A stretch of 64,000 bases of DNA from Thermoplasmata archaeon (GTDB taxonomy: Archaea; Thermoplasmatota; Thermoplasmata; GCA-020350865), in the NCBI GenBank assembly GCA_020348445.1, contig CP070751.1, positions 2,444,892 to 2,508,891 on the forward strand, in the 5' to 3' direction. The notes under the pieces were generated by a model. It did not search any database. It was not told the origin of the DNA and worked only from the letters and a program-made list of their open reading frames with translations. Each line of letters opens with the position of its first letter. The stretch's first letter is position 1. A program made the translations under genes and the position numbers. Below, one piece after another: positions 55,353-64,000 of this stretch.

Positions 55353-57008
55353 TTGATGTATATCGTACTCCTCGATGGTTATGTTGACGAGCCAAGCTGC
55401 CTGGGCGTCCCCCCTTTTATCTCGCCCTATGTTCGATACACAGCAGGGGCAATCAAAGAGGCAGGCCATGAATTTACGTATCTTACCATCGATGAATATC
55501 GAAATAACTCCCCAAAAAACAAGGCACTAAAAAACGCGAAATTGCTTGCCATAATCGGTGGGGCCATAGTGCCAGGAAAGTATCTCAGGGGAACACCTGC
55601 CTCGATTCCTGAGATCAAGAATATAGCCGAGAATTTCAAAGGCACAAAAATACTTGGGGGGCCAATTGCAAAGTTTGGATTCAGTGGAGACAGGAAAATA
55701 AAGGATCTTGTGAACATTTTTGATTTTTTGCCTAAATCGGATCCCGATGCTTTTATCTTTGATCTGTTATCAGAGAAATCCCAAAATGACAGGTTGCGGA
55801 CAGAAAAAGAGTGGCGAAATTGGGCAATAAAAGGAAGCTCTGTCATAACCCAGCATCCTGATTTCCCAAATCCTCTAATAATAGAACTCGAGACCTACAG
55901 GGGCTGCGTAAGGTTCTTTACAGGTGGTTGTTCTTTTTGCATCGAGCCCCTTTTCGGAGAGCCGAAGTTCAGGGAGCCCAAAGACATCATTGACGAGGTT
56001 GGTGCTTTAAATAAATTCGGTGCTGTGAATTTCAGACTTGGGGCCCAATCCTGCATCTTTTCCTATAAAATAGAGGATATCGGATCCTCTGAAACTCCAA
56101 AGCCTAGGCCCGAGATCATCGAAAAACTGCTTTCGGGAGTGAGAAATGCGGTTTTGAACCTAGAGGTTCTCCACACCGACAATGCCAATCCGGCTGTTAT
56201 AGCTGAACATCCCAACGAAGCCAAGAGAATATTGAAGGCTCTCGTCAAATACTGCACAAGCGGCAATGTCCTTGCCCTGGGAATGGAGAGCGCTGATCCA
56301 AAGGTGATTGCAGCCAACAATTTAAATGCAACTCCCGATCAGGTCTTAAAAGCAATTGAACTCATAAACGAATACGGCGCAAAAAGAGGAGAAAACGGAA
56401 TGCCGAAACTGCTGCCAGGCATCAATTTTCTGTCAGGACTTTCTGGAGAGTCGAAAAGAACCTTCGAACATAATTTTAAATTTTTAAAAGATATTCTCGA
56501 AAGGGATCTTCTATTGCGGAGAATCAACATAAGACAGGTTGCATTCGTAAGAAACAAGTTCGATGTGAAGATCCACCATACCGATTTCTTACGGTTCAAA
56601 AGAATGGTTCGAGAAGAAATCGACATCAATATGCTGAAGCTTATACTCCCCACGAAAACTGTCCTAAAAAGGGTCTTTTTGGAAAAAGTTCAGGGTAATG
56701 TCACATTTGGCAGGCAAATTGGGACCTATCCACTTTTGGTGGGAATACCATATCAAACCCCGCTCAACACCTTCAAAGATGTCATCATCACTGACCACGG
56801 GTTTCGGAGCGTAACAGGCATAGAATATCCCTTGAACGTGAATTCTGCCTCGCTTAAGGCTCTATCTTCGTTACCGGGCATTGGAAAAAAGAGGGCCGCG
56901 AGAATCGTTTTAGCAAGGCCTTTTAGTTCACAGCAGGATTTCTTAAGCTCCCTTGATGATGAAAAAGTAGCAAATAGTGTTTTGGATTACATCTCTTTTA
57001 ATCGATAA
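55353..57008 (+). CDS. Archaeal radical SAM protein with a C-terminal helix-hairpin-helix (COG1031-like)
   Basis: LLDGYVDEPSCLGVPP.ISPY.RY; ETYRGC-x7-CSFC; LRRINIRQV; L.VN.AS..L..LPGIGKKRA. Confidence 0.85.
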   Translation: MMYIVLLDGYVDEPSCLGVPPFISPYVRYTAGAIKEAGHEFTYLTIDEYRNNSPKNKALKNAKLLAIIGGAIVPGKYLRGTPASIPEIKNIAENFKGTKILGGPIAKFGFSGDRKIKDLVNIFDFLPKSDPDAFIFDLLSEKSQNDRLRTEKEWRNWAIKGSSVITQHPDFPNPLIIELETYRGCVRFFTGGCSFCIEPLFGEPKFREPKDIIDEVGALNKFGAVNFRLGAQSCIFSYKIEDIGSSETPKPRPEIIEKLLSGVRNAVLNLEVLHTDNANPAVIAEHPNEAKRILKALVKYCTSGNVLALGMESADPKVIAANNLNATPDQVLKAIELINEYGAKRGENGMPKLLPGINFLSGLSGESKRTFEHNFKFLKDILERDLLLRRINIRQVAFVRNKFDVKIHHTDFLRFKRMVREEIDINMLKLILPTKTVLKRVFLEKVQGNVTFGRQIGTYPLLVGIPYQTPLNTFKDVIITDHGFRSVTGIEYPLNVNSASLKALSSLPGIGKKRAARIVLARPFSSQQDFLSSLDDEKVANSVLDYISFNR

Positions 57009-59994
57009 TCCCTTTTGTTCCGCAGCTTGGGCACTTAACTTCAAGAGGCCTTTGATCCGTGGGAACGCCGAAAACTGTATAACATTTCGGGCACGAGATA
57101 TCCTCGTACTGGGGCATTGATATCGGTGTGAAGGCAGGCTCTGTAGTGGGTGCCGAAACAGTTTGGGCTAATGGAAGAGGTGTAACTGCGGTAGCAGAAG
57201 GCTCCTCAGCCCTACTTCTGCGTCCTGCAAACATACCCGCAAGAATGGCACAGATAATTATGACCACGATCAAAAGCAGTATCATATACTGTGCATCAGG
57301 TGATTCGTACCATGGCTTTTCATCTTCTTCTCCAACATCCTGTGTTGAGCCGTGCTTCGTAGGATCCAGTGGAAATTCATCTTCGGTGTCTGGATAACTA
57401 TCATTATCGTCATCTGGGTCTGCATTGTTACCAATTCCGTCACCGTCTGTATCTTCCCATTCCTCTGGATCATCAGGGAAGGGATCGTCATCATCATTTA
57501 CACCGTCTCCATCGCTGTCAAGGATGCCACCATCTCCGCCGTCTCCGCCATCCACCTGCTCTTCAGATATTGTAATTGACTTCTTACCTGACTTGTATGT
57601 TTCCCCGTCCTCATCTATGACCCTAACCTCATATTGGTAGTTTCCAGCAGTCAAGGGCCCAAAGGAGGCAGTGTATTGATCATTTCCATTGAATTGCATG
57701 GAAACGGGTTGGAAACACGTTTCACCTTGACAATAGTCCAGATTCACGGAATTAATGCCGTCTCCCGAAACGGTGGCGTATACAGTGATCTCATCCTTTT
57801 CGGTTGGGTCAGTGGGAGAATGGGAAATTTCAGAGATCGTGATTGGTACTTTGATGTCAGAGACTGAAAATGGAATCTTGCCTGAATAATATTTTTCGCC
57901 GTCATCATCCTCTACGCATACCTCATATTCGTAATCCCCAGAATCCAACGGACCTATGGTTACAGAATACTCGTCGCTTCCCATATAAAGCATGTTTTCG
58001 GGACCGAAATGGAAATAGCCTTGATAATAATCCAGATAGACCTCTTCTATATTATCTCCAGTCACCAAGGCTGAGATGCTGATTTCATCTTCCTCGTCAG
58101 GACTCGAAGGAGAATGCCAAACATCCTCTATGAGTATTGTACCGATTTCGATTACTGTAACATAAACAGTGGCTGAATCAGTAACATAAGTATCCTCTAT
58201 GCACATTCCATCCACTGTAAAGGTGATTTCCCCACCCTCGGCATCAGAAGGAACTTCCACTGTCAAGATCACATCCTGCTCAGCACCCTCCTGTAGAATT
58301 AAAGTATCTTCATCCAAAGATCCCCAGTTCCTATACCAATTCTGACCTTGCAACGTTAGCTCGATCTCCTCCTGCACGTTTCCAAGGTTTGTTACTGTGA
58401 GTGTAAATTGTGTACTCTCGCCTGCGTTCACATCCCCTTCCTGCAGCGCAGGTTCTATCTCAAAATCATAGATAAAGGGATTGACATGCGTCGTCAAGGT
58501 TATCTCATGATATACAGAGGAGTCTCCTTGCGAGGTTCCTTTCAAATCGAATAGATAATCGCCCTCGGAGGTACCTGAGGGTACATTCACAGTCAGGGTA
58601 ATGTCCTGATTGCTGCTCGCAGAAAGAGAGACCGAGTTTGTACTCAGCTCTCCCCAATAGCTGTATGATCCAGATAATAATAAGTCAATGGTATCTTCAG
58701 TATTGCCTGTATTATCCACGGTCACTGTAAAGACAACAGACTCCTCGGGGAAACAGGATTTGCTAGTCTCATCTGGTAGGAGATTTACACCGTATGTGAT
58801 GTCGGTGGTGACTTCGGTTATGGTAGCAGCAGTTGCGGATTTTGTGGGATCTCCATTTGATGTGGCTGTTACATCGATCTGATACTCTCCATCGGCTGTC
58901 CCAGAGGGAACATCCACCTGCAGTGTGATATCCTCAGATAAACCAGGTGCGATTGTGACCGAGGTCTGGCTGAGAGTTCCCCAACTGCTCTGATCTCCGG
59001 ATAATGTCAGGGAAATGGTGTCCTCTGTATCGCCGATATTGCCAACTGTAAGGGTGTAAGTTGTTGATTCTCCTGCAAAGGCAAAGTGTTCTTGGGAGGG
59101 AGGGCCTATTTCAACGCCGTAATTTGGAGGTGGTATCGGAATCATAGCTGCAGTTTGGTCCACATAATGTGCTTCAAACTTGAATTGAGGTCCATTGTAA
59201 GGGGGGTCATAACCGCCTACATTTATCTCATCATTGAATACAGCAGCAATTACCATAGTGTTACTGGGCACGATATCCCCAAAATATTGTGTCTCATCTG
59301 GATCTTCGGGATCGTCGTGATGTTCTGAACCAATCCAAATGACCTCATCTTCCCAAGAGGATTCAGCAGGAACATTAATATCTACATTAAATGCATAATC
59401 TAGAAAGCCAAAGTGATAGGGTTGATTGTTTGTCATGTTATATCTGGATATGATCTCAGTGATGTATGCACGCAGATTGCCGCCATATCCTTCACTCCCA
59501 AGATTGGTAACTTTTACAGAGATTTGTAAGGCAGAGTCGCCAAGATCATAAGCTTTTACTTCTACTTCAAGACTAGGAACTTGCCTCTCTCCACAGGATT
59601 CAATTAAAGGTCGAATATCATCTTCGGTTTGTTGCGTATCGTCATTGGAGGATCCAACCTTGGTTTCATAACCCCCATCAAATATTGTGGTGGGATAGCC
59701 AGGTATGTTGTAATCGTTTGCTCTCTCGCCTGCCTTATCATTATAATCTGTAATCATCGCCACAAAATAGAAGGGGTAATCATTGGACTCATAGATATTA
59801 TATAGTGCATCTGCTACATAGGGACAATGTCCACACCAAGTTGCAGTAAACTCTTCTGAAAATGTAGTGTGGGTGAAGTCCGCAAATGGCTGAGGGTCCT
59901 CTTCTTCATCAGCTTGCGCAAAGCCCACAAACACCGAAAAAAACATGGCAAAAGCTAAAAGATAACATATCTGTTTTGGTGTTATTCTTCTCAT
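56998..59994 (-). CDS. Membrane-anchored surface protein: thioredoxin-like (WCGHC), Ig-like/NEW3-type repeats, TSP3 repeats, TM helix, C-terminal zinc ribbon
   Basis: ATWCGHCP; three V.N.G..(E/Q)D.I.L repeats; DSDGDGVNDDDDPFP; TM helix; CPKC...CPSC at the C-terminus. Confidence 0.85.
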   Translation of the reverse strand: MRRITPKQICYLLAFAMFFSVFVGFAQADEEEDPQPFADFTHTTFSEEFTATWCGHCPYVADALYNIYESNDYPFYFVAMITDYNDKAGERANDYNIPGYPTTIFDGGYETKVGSSNDDTQQTEDDIRPLIESCGERQVPSLEVEVKAYDLGDSALQISVKVTNLGSEGYGGNLRAYITEIISRYNMTNNQPYHFGFLDYAFNVDINVPAESSWEDEVIWIGSEHHDDPEDPDETQYFGDIVPSNTMVIAAVFNDEINVGGYDPPYNGPQFKFEAHYVDQTAAMIPIPPPNYGVEIGPPSQEHFAFAGESTTYTLTVGNIGDTEDTISLTLSGDQSSWGTLSQTSVTIAPGLSEDITLQVDVPSGTADGEYQIDVTATSNGDPTKSATAATITEVTTDITYGVNLLPDETSKSCFPEESVVFTVTVDNTGNTEDTIDLLLSGSYSYWGELSTNSVSLSASSNQDITLTVNVPSGTSEGDYLFDLKGTSQGDSSVYHEITLTTHVNPFIYDFEIEPALQEGDVNAGESTQFTLTVTNLGNVQEEIELTLQGQNWYRNWGSLDEDTLILQEGAEQDVILTVEVPSDAEGGEITFTVDGMCIEDTYVTDSATVYVTVIEIGTILIEDVWHSPSSPDEEDEISISALVTGDNIEEVYLDYYQGYFHFGPENMLYMGSDEYSVTIGPLDSGDYEYEVCVEDDDGEKYYSGKIPFSVSDIKVPITISEISHSPTDPTEKDEITVYATVSGDGINSVNLDYCQGETCFQPVSMQFNGNDQYTASFGPLTAGNYQYEVRVIDEDGETYKSGKKSITISEEQVDGGDGGDGGILDSDGDGVNDDDDPFPDDPEEWEDTDGDGIGNNADPDDDNDSYPDTEDEFPLDPTKHGSTQDVGEEDEKPWYESPDAQYMILLLIVVIIICAILAGMFAGRRSRAEEPSATAVTPLPLAQTVSAPTTEPAFTPISMPQYEDISCPKCYTVFGVPTDQRPLEVKCPSCGTKGIID

Positions 59995-60165
59995 TTTATC
60001 ACCTGCTTATCAAGAGTCAATTAAAACGCTGCTAAGGCAGTCGCTCCCACTCCGTTTGACGAGTTATAATAGGGCCAAGACATATTTAAATTTTCGGTTA
60101 AAATACAGACACAGGATGCCCGAAACCGAGATTTAGTTACCTTTTTAAACCCCTGCCTCCTTTTC

Positions 60166-61752
60166 GTGATAGGTGAACGGGCGTTGATTGCAAGGAAATC
60201 ATTTTTGGTTTTCCTAAATATGATGGCAGGTAGCGTTCTGGGCTATGTTGCATTGTTCTTCATACTAAGGTACATGGGCCCTGAGGAATACGGGATAATC
60301 GGCTTTGGCATGGCCTTTGTGGGGCTATTTGCCTTTATAGCTGATTTGGGCTTCAACCACGCCCATATTAAACGAGTATCTGAGGGCAGGGACCTGGGAA
60401 GCTGCATTGGAACCTTCTTCGTGGTTAAGGTGGTGCTCACGGCTGTGATGATAGGCTGTGTCCTCTTCTCAATATTCTTTTGGAAGGTCGTAATTGGAAG
60501 GGGTTTCGAGACTCCTGAACATGAGCCGGTAATCTACTTGTTCATACTATTCTATGTAATTACCAGCTTAAGCAGCATTCCCCTCACCACCTTTGCAGCC
60601 AGAAGAGAGACAGCAAAACAGCAATTGCCTGGACTGATCGAGCCCATGACGAGGGCTCCATTGATCATCATAATAGCACTGGGTACTTTTGGTGTTTTTG
60701 CTTTGGCTGGCGCCTATGTAGCCGGGGTTATCGCGATTCTCATCACCGCGATCATCCTTTTCCGGGGGTATCCCATAGGCAAGTTCGATCCTAAGCTCTT
60801 TAAACACTATTTTAGATTCGCTATCCCCATTGTTGTTGCTGCAAGTATAGCTATGATCTCTGTGAATATAGATAAGGTCATGTTACAGCTGTTCTGGGGA
60901 TCTAGGTTCGTGGGCTATTACTTTGGTGCCCAGAGACTGACTGCATTTCTCGTCATGATATCAACAGCAGTCACTTTGCTGCTTTTTCCCACCCTCTCGG
61001 AGCATCACGGCAAGGGGGAGGAGAAGGAGATACGGAGATTGACCATCGTTGCTGAAAGATATGTATCGTTGATTATAATGCCTGCCACGATTCTTTTTAT
61101 TGTGTTTGCCAAGCCCATTCTTTTCCTGTTCAATGCCGAAATTGCTGAGAACGCAACCACAACCCTCCAGATAATGTCCATATATTCGCTGGTATTCAGC
61201 TTTGATTTGCTATTTTTTAATCAGATCATGGCCGTGGATAGACCAGGGCTTAGCACAAAAATCGCAGTTGTAATGGCAGTGACCAATATAGTCCTTAACG
61301 CTTTCTTCATCCCAAAAGATATCAGATTCCTGGGCATCAACCTCCTTGGGATGGGTGCAGAAGGAGCAGCACTGGCAACCGCGATTTCTGCGATAGTTGG
61401 TCTGATATTGTTAAAGATAGTAACACGCAGACTAACAGGTACAAAATGGAATCCGAAAATCCTGATGCACTTGGTAGCTGCGCTTGTTATGGGCATTGTA
61501 CTATTTTTTATTAGTGATACATTTAACATCTGGGATCTGTTCGATCCGTTTTGGGCGGGAATAATTGATTTATTGCTATATATGGGAGTGCTTCTGTGTA
61601 TGGGCTTATTAGGAATAGGCATTTATTTGGGAATACTTATTATTTTTAAGGAATTTAAAAAGGCTGATTTAAAATTGTTTTTGAACATTCTGGACCCAAG
61701 AGGGATAAAGGATTATGTTATTGTCGAGCTGAAAGATAACAAGATAGAATAG
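60166..61752 (+). CDS. Oligosaccharide flippase (Wzx/MOP family)
   Basis: Many TM helices; R.MGPEEYG, ADLG, NIDKVML..F.G...VGYY..AQRL. Confidence 0.88.
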   Translation: MIGERALIARKSFLVFLNMMAGSVLGYVALFFILRYMGPEEYGIIGFGMAFVGLFAFIADLGFNHAHIKRVSEGRDLGSCIGTFFVVKVVLTAVMIGCVLFSIFFWKVVIGRGFETPEHEPVIYLFILFYVITSLSSIPLTTFAARRETAKQQLPGLIEPMTRAPLIIIIALGTFGVFALAGAYVAGVIAILITAIILFRGYPIGKFDPKLFKHYFRFAIPIVVAASIAMISVNIDKVMLQLFWGSRFVGYYFGAQRLTAFLVMISTAVTLLLFPTLSEHHGKGEEKEIRRLTIVAERYVSLIIMPATILFIVFAKPILFLFNAEIAENATTTLQIMSIYSLVFSFDLLFFNQIMAVDRPGLSTKIAVVMAVTNIVLNAFFIPKDIRFLGINLLGMGAEGAALATAISAIVGLILLKIVTRRLTGTKWNPKILMHLVAALVMGIVLFFISDTFNIWDLFDPFWAGIIDLLLYMGVLLCMGLLGIGIYLGILIIFKEFKKADLKLFLNILDPRGIKDYVIVELKDNKIE

Positions 61753-61923
61753 TTACCTTCCCAAATTGATCTTTATTTTTCGAACCGCATTAGACCCTCG
61801 AAACAAAAATCAAATAAGGAAAAATTTATATTACAGGGGATTGATATGTTCGCTGGCCATGATGAATCCATCCGAAAGTTCATTGTAGCGAACCTTTAAA
61901 AAAAACACATCGAGGAATTTCTC

Positions 61924-63282
61924 ATGAATGTACTTTTACTCAACCTTCCGAGATACGAGGGGATGCCCATCGAGAGGGAAGAATGTTGCTATGGGATTCC
62001 AAGCGCGAACCTGCCCTCCCATATGGCTCAGATCTCGGGATTTCTGAAACAAGCGGGAATTTCCATCGATTTTTACGATGCAAACAACAGGGGAACATCC
62101 TTTGAGGAAATAAAGAGGATAATTAAGAAAATTAAACCTGATTTGGTAATTTCCACTGTAACTGTATCTTACATGCCCTATGAGGCGCAGATCGCAACAA
62201 TTTGTAAAAAGGAAAATATCAAATGCATTGCAATATCTTGCCCGTTCGGGTATGCAGAGGACCTTGTAAAAAAATATCCCTTTTACTTTGCCATTCATTC
62301 TGAACCTGAGCAGGTTATCCTCGATTATCTAAACACAGGAAAACTGGAAAATTTAAAGGGAATCGCATATAAGGATGAAAACGGAGTTCATAAGACACCA
62401 TCCTTGGAGGGTAATTATTCGAAAATGCCACAAATCGACGTTGACTTATTTGATCCCAAACACTACGGAAGTTTCTTCAAATATCAGTATTCCAGGGGTT
62501 GTCCATACAGTTGCTCCTTTTGTGTTTGGTCCCCCCTAAAATGGCAAATAAAAAATATCGAGGTCGTGCTTGATGATTTAGAATCACTGTATAAAAAAGG
62601 GCTACGAACCTTGCATCTTCTAGGAGCTCAGATCTCAACAAATCTCAATTGGACTTACAAGATGCTCGACGGTCTAGAGCAAAGAAGAATCAAAGTCAGG
62701 TGGGGCGGAGATATTAGATCCAACGAAGTGAATGGTGATAAACATTTCTTGAGCAGGGTCAAAGAAGGTGGTTGCAACTGGTTGTTGATAGGCGGGGAAT
62801 CCCTGAGTCAAAATCTTTTGGACGGAATAAACAAGAAGCAGACTGTGGATCAAATTAAAAACACGATAAATGCTTGTTACGAAGAAAAGATCTACTTAAA
62901 ATCCGGGATCATATTCAATCTAGAGGAAACAATGGATGATGTCAAGGAGTATGTAGATATCATAAAAGATCTGAAGCCCTTTGATTTTTACCCGCTAATG
63001 GCCCGTGCCGAGAAGGGAACACCATTGTACGAGAAATGGTATCCTGATCTTGATTATGTGCAGGTAAAAAATTGGCTCGTGAAAATTCCGACTCCGCCGG
63101 ATCTCAAAAATGCACAAAAGAGAATGGATTATTTTGAAAAGCAAACAAAATCCGTCAAACTGCAAAACCGCAGAAGGTACAGGATATTGAAACTCAGGGA
63201 GGTCGTTGGCAATCTTGGTTTCTATTCGAAATTGTATTCTGAGGGAGCCCTAAGACGACTAAGAATCCAAAAGAGTGTATAA
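61924..63282 (+). CDS. Cobalamin-binding-domain radical SAM protein
   Basis: N-terminal B12-binding-like region; SRGCPYSCSFC; GGES.SQ.LL..INK; ..PGT-like (AEKGTPLY) motif. Confidence 0.85.
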   Translation: MNVLLLNLPRYEGMPIEREECCYGIPSANLPSHMAQISGFLKQAGISIDFYDANNRGTSFEEIKRIIKKIKPDLVISTVTVSYMPYEAQIATICKKENIKCIAISCPFGYAEDLVKKYPFYFAIHSEPEQVILDYLNTGKLENLKGIAYKDENGVHKTPSLEGNYSKMPQIDVDLFDPKHYGSFFKYQYSRGCPYSCSFCVWSPLKWQIKNIEVVLDDLESLYKKGLRTLHLLGAQISTNLNWTYKMLDGLEQRRIKVRWGGDIRSNEVNGDKHFLSRVKEGGCNWLLIGGESLSQNLLDGINKKQTVDQIKNTINACYEEKIYLKSGIIFNLEETMDDVKEYVDIIKDLKPFDFYPLMARAEKGTPLYEKWYPDLDYVQVKNWLVKIPTPPDLKNAQKRMDYFEKQTKSVKLQNRRRYRILKLREVVGNLGFYSKLYSEGALRRLRIQKSV

Positions 63283-63367
63283 CTGATATGATTCATCTTC
63301 TTTTTACGTAATCTCGCTCGTATTATAATTAATTGGACACATAATCGTGGATTTCTTGAGGGGTATT

Positions 63368-64000
63368 TCAAATCCCAATAAAAGTGTACCTCGTAAAATC
63401 TGTTGTTGAAATCTGATAACCCTCCGCCATTACAAGAGTTGGATCAAATGCCCCAAAGGGCATAACTGTGGAGTGCCAGTACCATCGCTGCTTGATATTA
63501 TCGAAATAATTGATTCCCTCGGTATCGGAAATGCTGTCGCAGTATTGGTCTGCAGTATAGTTATTTTTCATTTTTAGTGGAATGCCAAAAGTGTCATATC
63601 CGGTTGAATAACCCTCTGTCCATATTCCAATGCTATAAGTGCTCGCTCCTTTTACGCCACTTGCATTGAATGGAACAACCATGTAATACAATCTAGTCCC
63701 AGGAGTGTTTGCAGAGGCTCCGCTATGAACTGTGTTATTGATTCCAAAATTAATGGGTCCGCAGACAGAAAAATAATCCTTATTGAAAGTCCCAAAGAAA
63801 CCATCCGGGTTATTTGACCAGTATACCTCGTACCAATCTCCTGTACCCATGCTCGACGGCTCCTGCCAGCTAACATTCACATCTCCATTAAGCAGAACCT
63901 CAACTTGAAGGTTTTTTGCCTCTGAGGAAAATGCAAATCCCGAAAAAAGGGGATCATCATTGTAACTGATCATGGCGGCAGGCATACCGCAGAAGGTGTA
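63368..64000 (-). CDS. 3' part of a secreted protein with an FN3-like domain and a divergent single-repeat version of the C-terminal domain; 5'-truncated by the window edge
   Basis: Frame is open to 64000; V.VSW..P...YEVYWS...YYMVVP (FN3); GYDTFGIPL...W.WH...EGYQI resembles GWNLISIPL...W.H...GY.I. Confidence 0.7.
   Translation of the reverse strand, partial: YTFCGMPAAMISYNDDPLFSGFAFSSEAKNLQVEVLLNGDVNVSWQEPSSMGTGDWYEVYWSNNPDGFFGTFNKDYFSVCGPINFGINNTVHSGASANTPGTRLYYMVVPFNASGVKGASTYSIGIWTEGYSTGYDTFGIPLKMKNNYTADQYCDSISDTEGINYFDNIKQRWYWHSTVMPFGAFDPTLVMAEGYQISTTDFTRYTFIGI

Noticed and set aside
61836-61893. Fluoride riboswitch or C/D box sRNA
   Set aside because: GTTCGC and ATGATGA motifs are present, but the P1/pseudoknot pairing and properly placed D boxes are not.
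721-63876. Numerous alternative-frame and antisense ORFs of 60-160 aa in the ORF track
   Set aside because: They lie within well-supported longer genes and read as shadow frames of repetitive coding sequence.
1-64000. tRNA, rRNA, prophage or defence island
   Set aside because: I found no cloverleaf/T-loop signatures, rRNA conserved blocks, or phage, Cas, restriction-modification or toxin-antitoxin motifs by eye. tRNAscan-SE and HMM scans would be needed to exclude them fully.

Overview
Archaeal genomic DNA, most likely a Thermoplasmata-type anaerobe. This is inferred from TATA/BRE-like promoters, GGAGGTG/GGTGAT ribosome-binding sites, an archaeal-type IMPase/FBPase and a COG1031-like radical SAM protein. 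About half of the window encodes large secreted multidomain surface proteins (PQQ-like, WD40, Kelch and FG-GAP propellers, lamin-tail, NosD/beta-helix, PKD, FN3 and TSP3-like Ca-binding modules). Almost all end in either a C-terminal transmembrane anchor or an unannotated two-repeat C-terminal domain (GWNL..P ... G.(W/Y)IH), never both. That domain occurs in two length classes of 157 and 165 aa and is the best candidate for an undescribed surface-sorting or docking system. Also present: an operon coupling three anchored propellers to a His-rich membrane protein, a NapH-like polyferredoxin and a double-cubane-type reductase; a stand-alone NifB-like enzyme; a feoB operon with twin DtxR-type operators; ahcY divergent from an Lrp regulator with three 31-bp-phased palindromes; a sirtuin; and a flippase/methyltransferase/B12-radical SAM group. 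I saw no rRNA, tRNA, CRISPR array, transposase or integrase. All family assignments come from motif recognition by eye; no database search was run.
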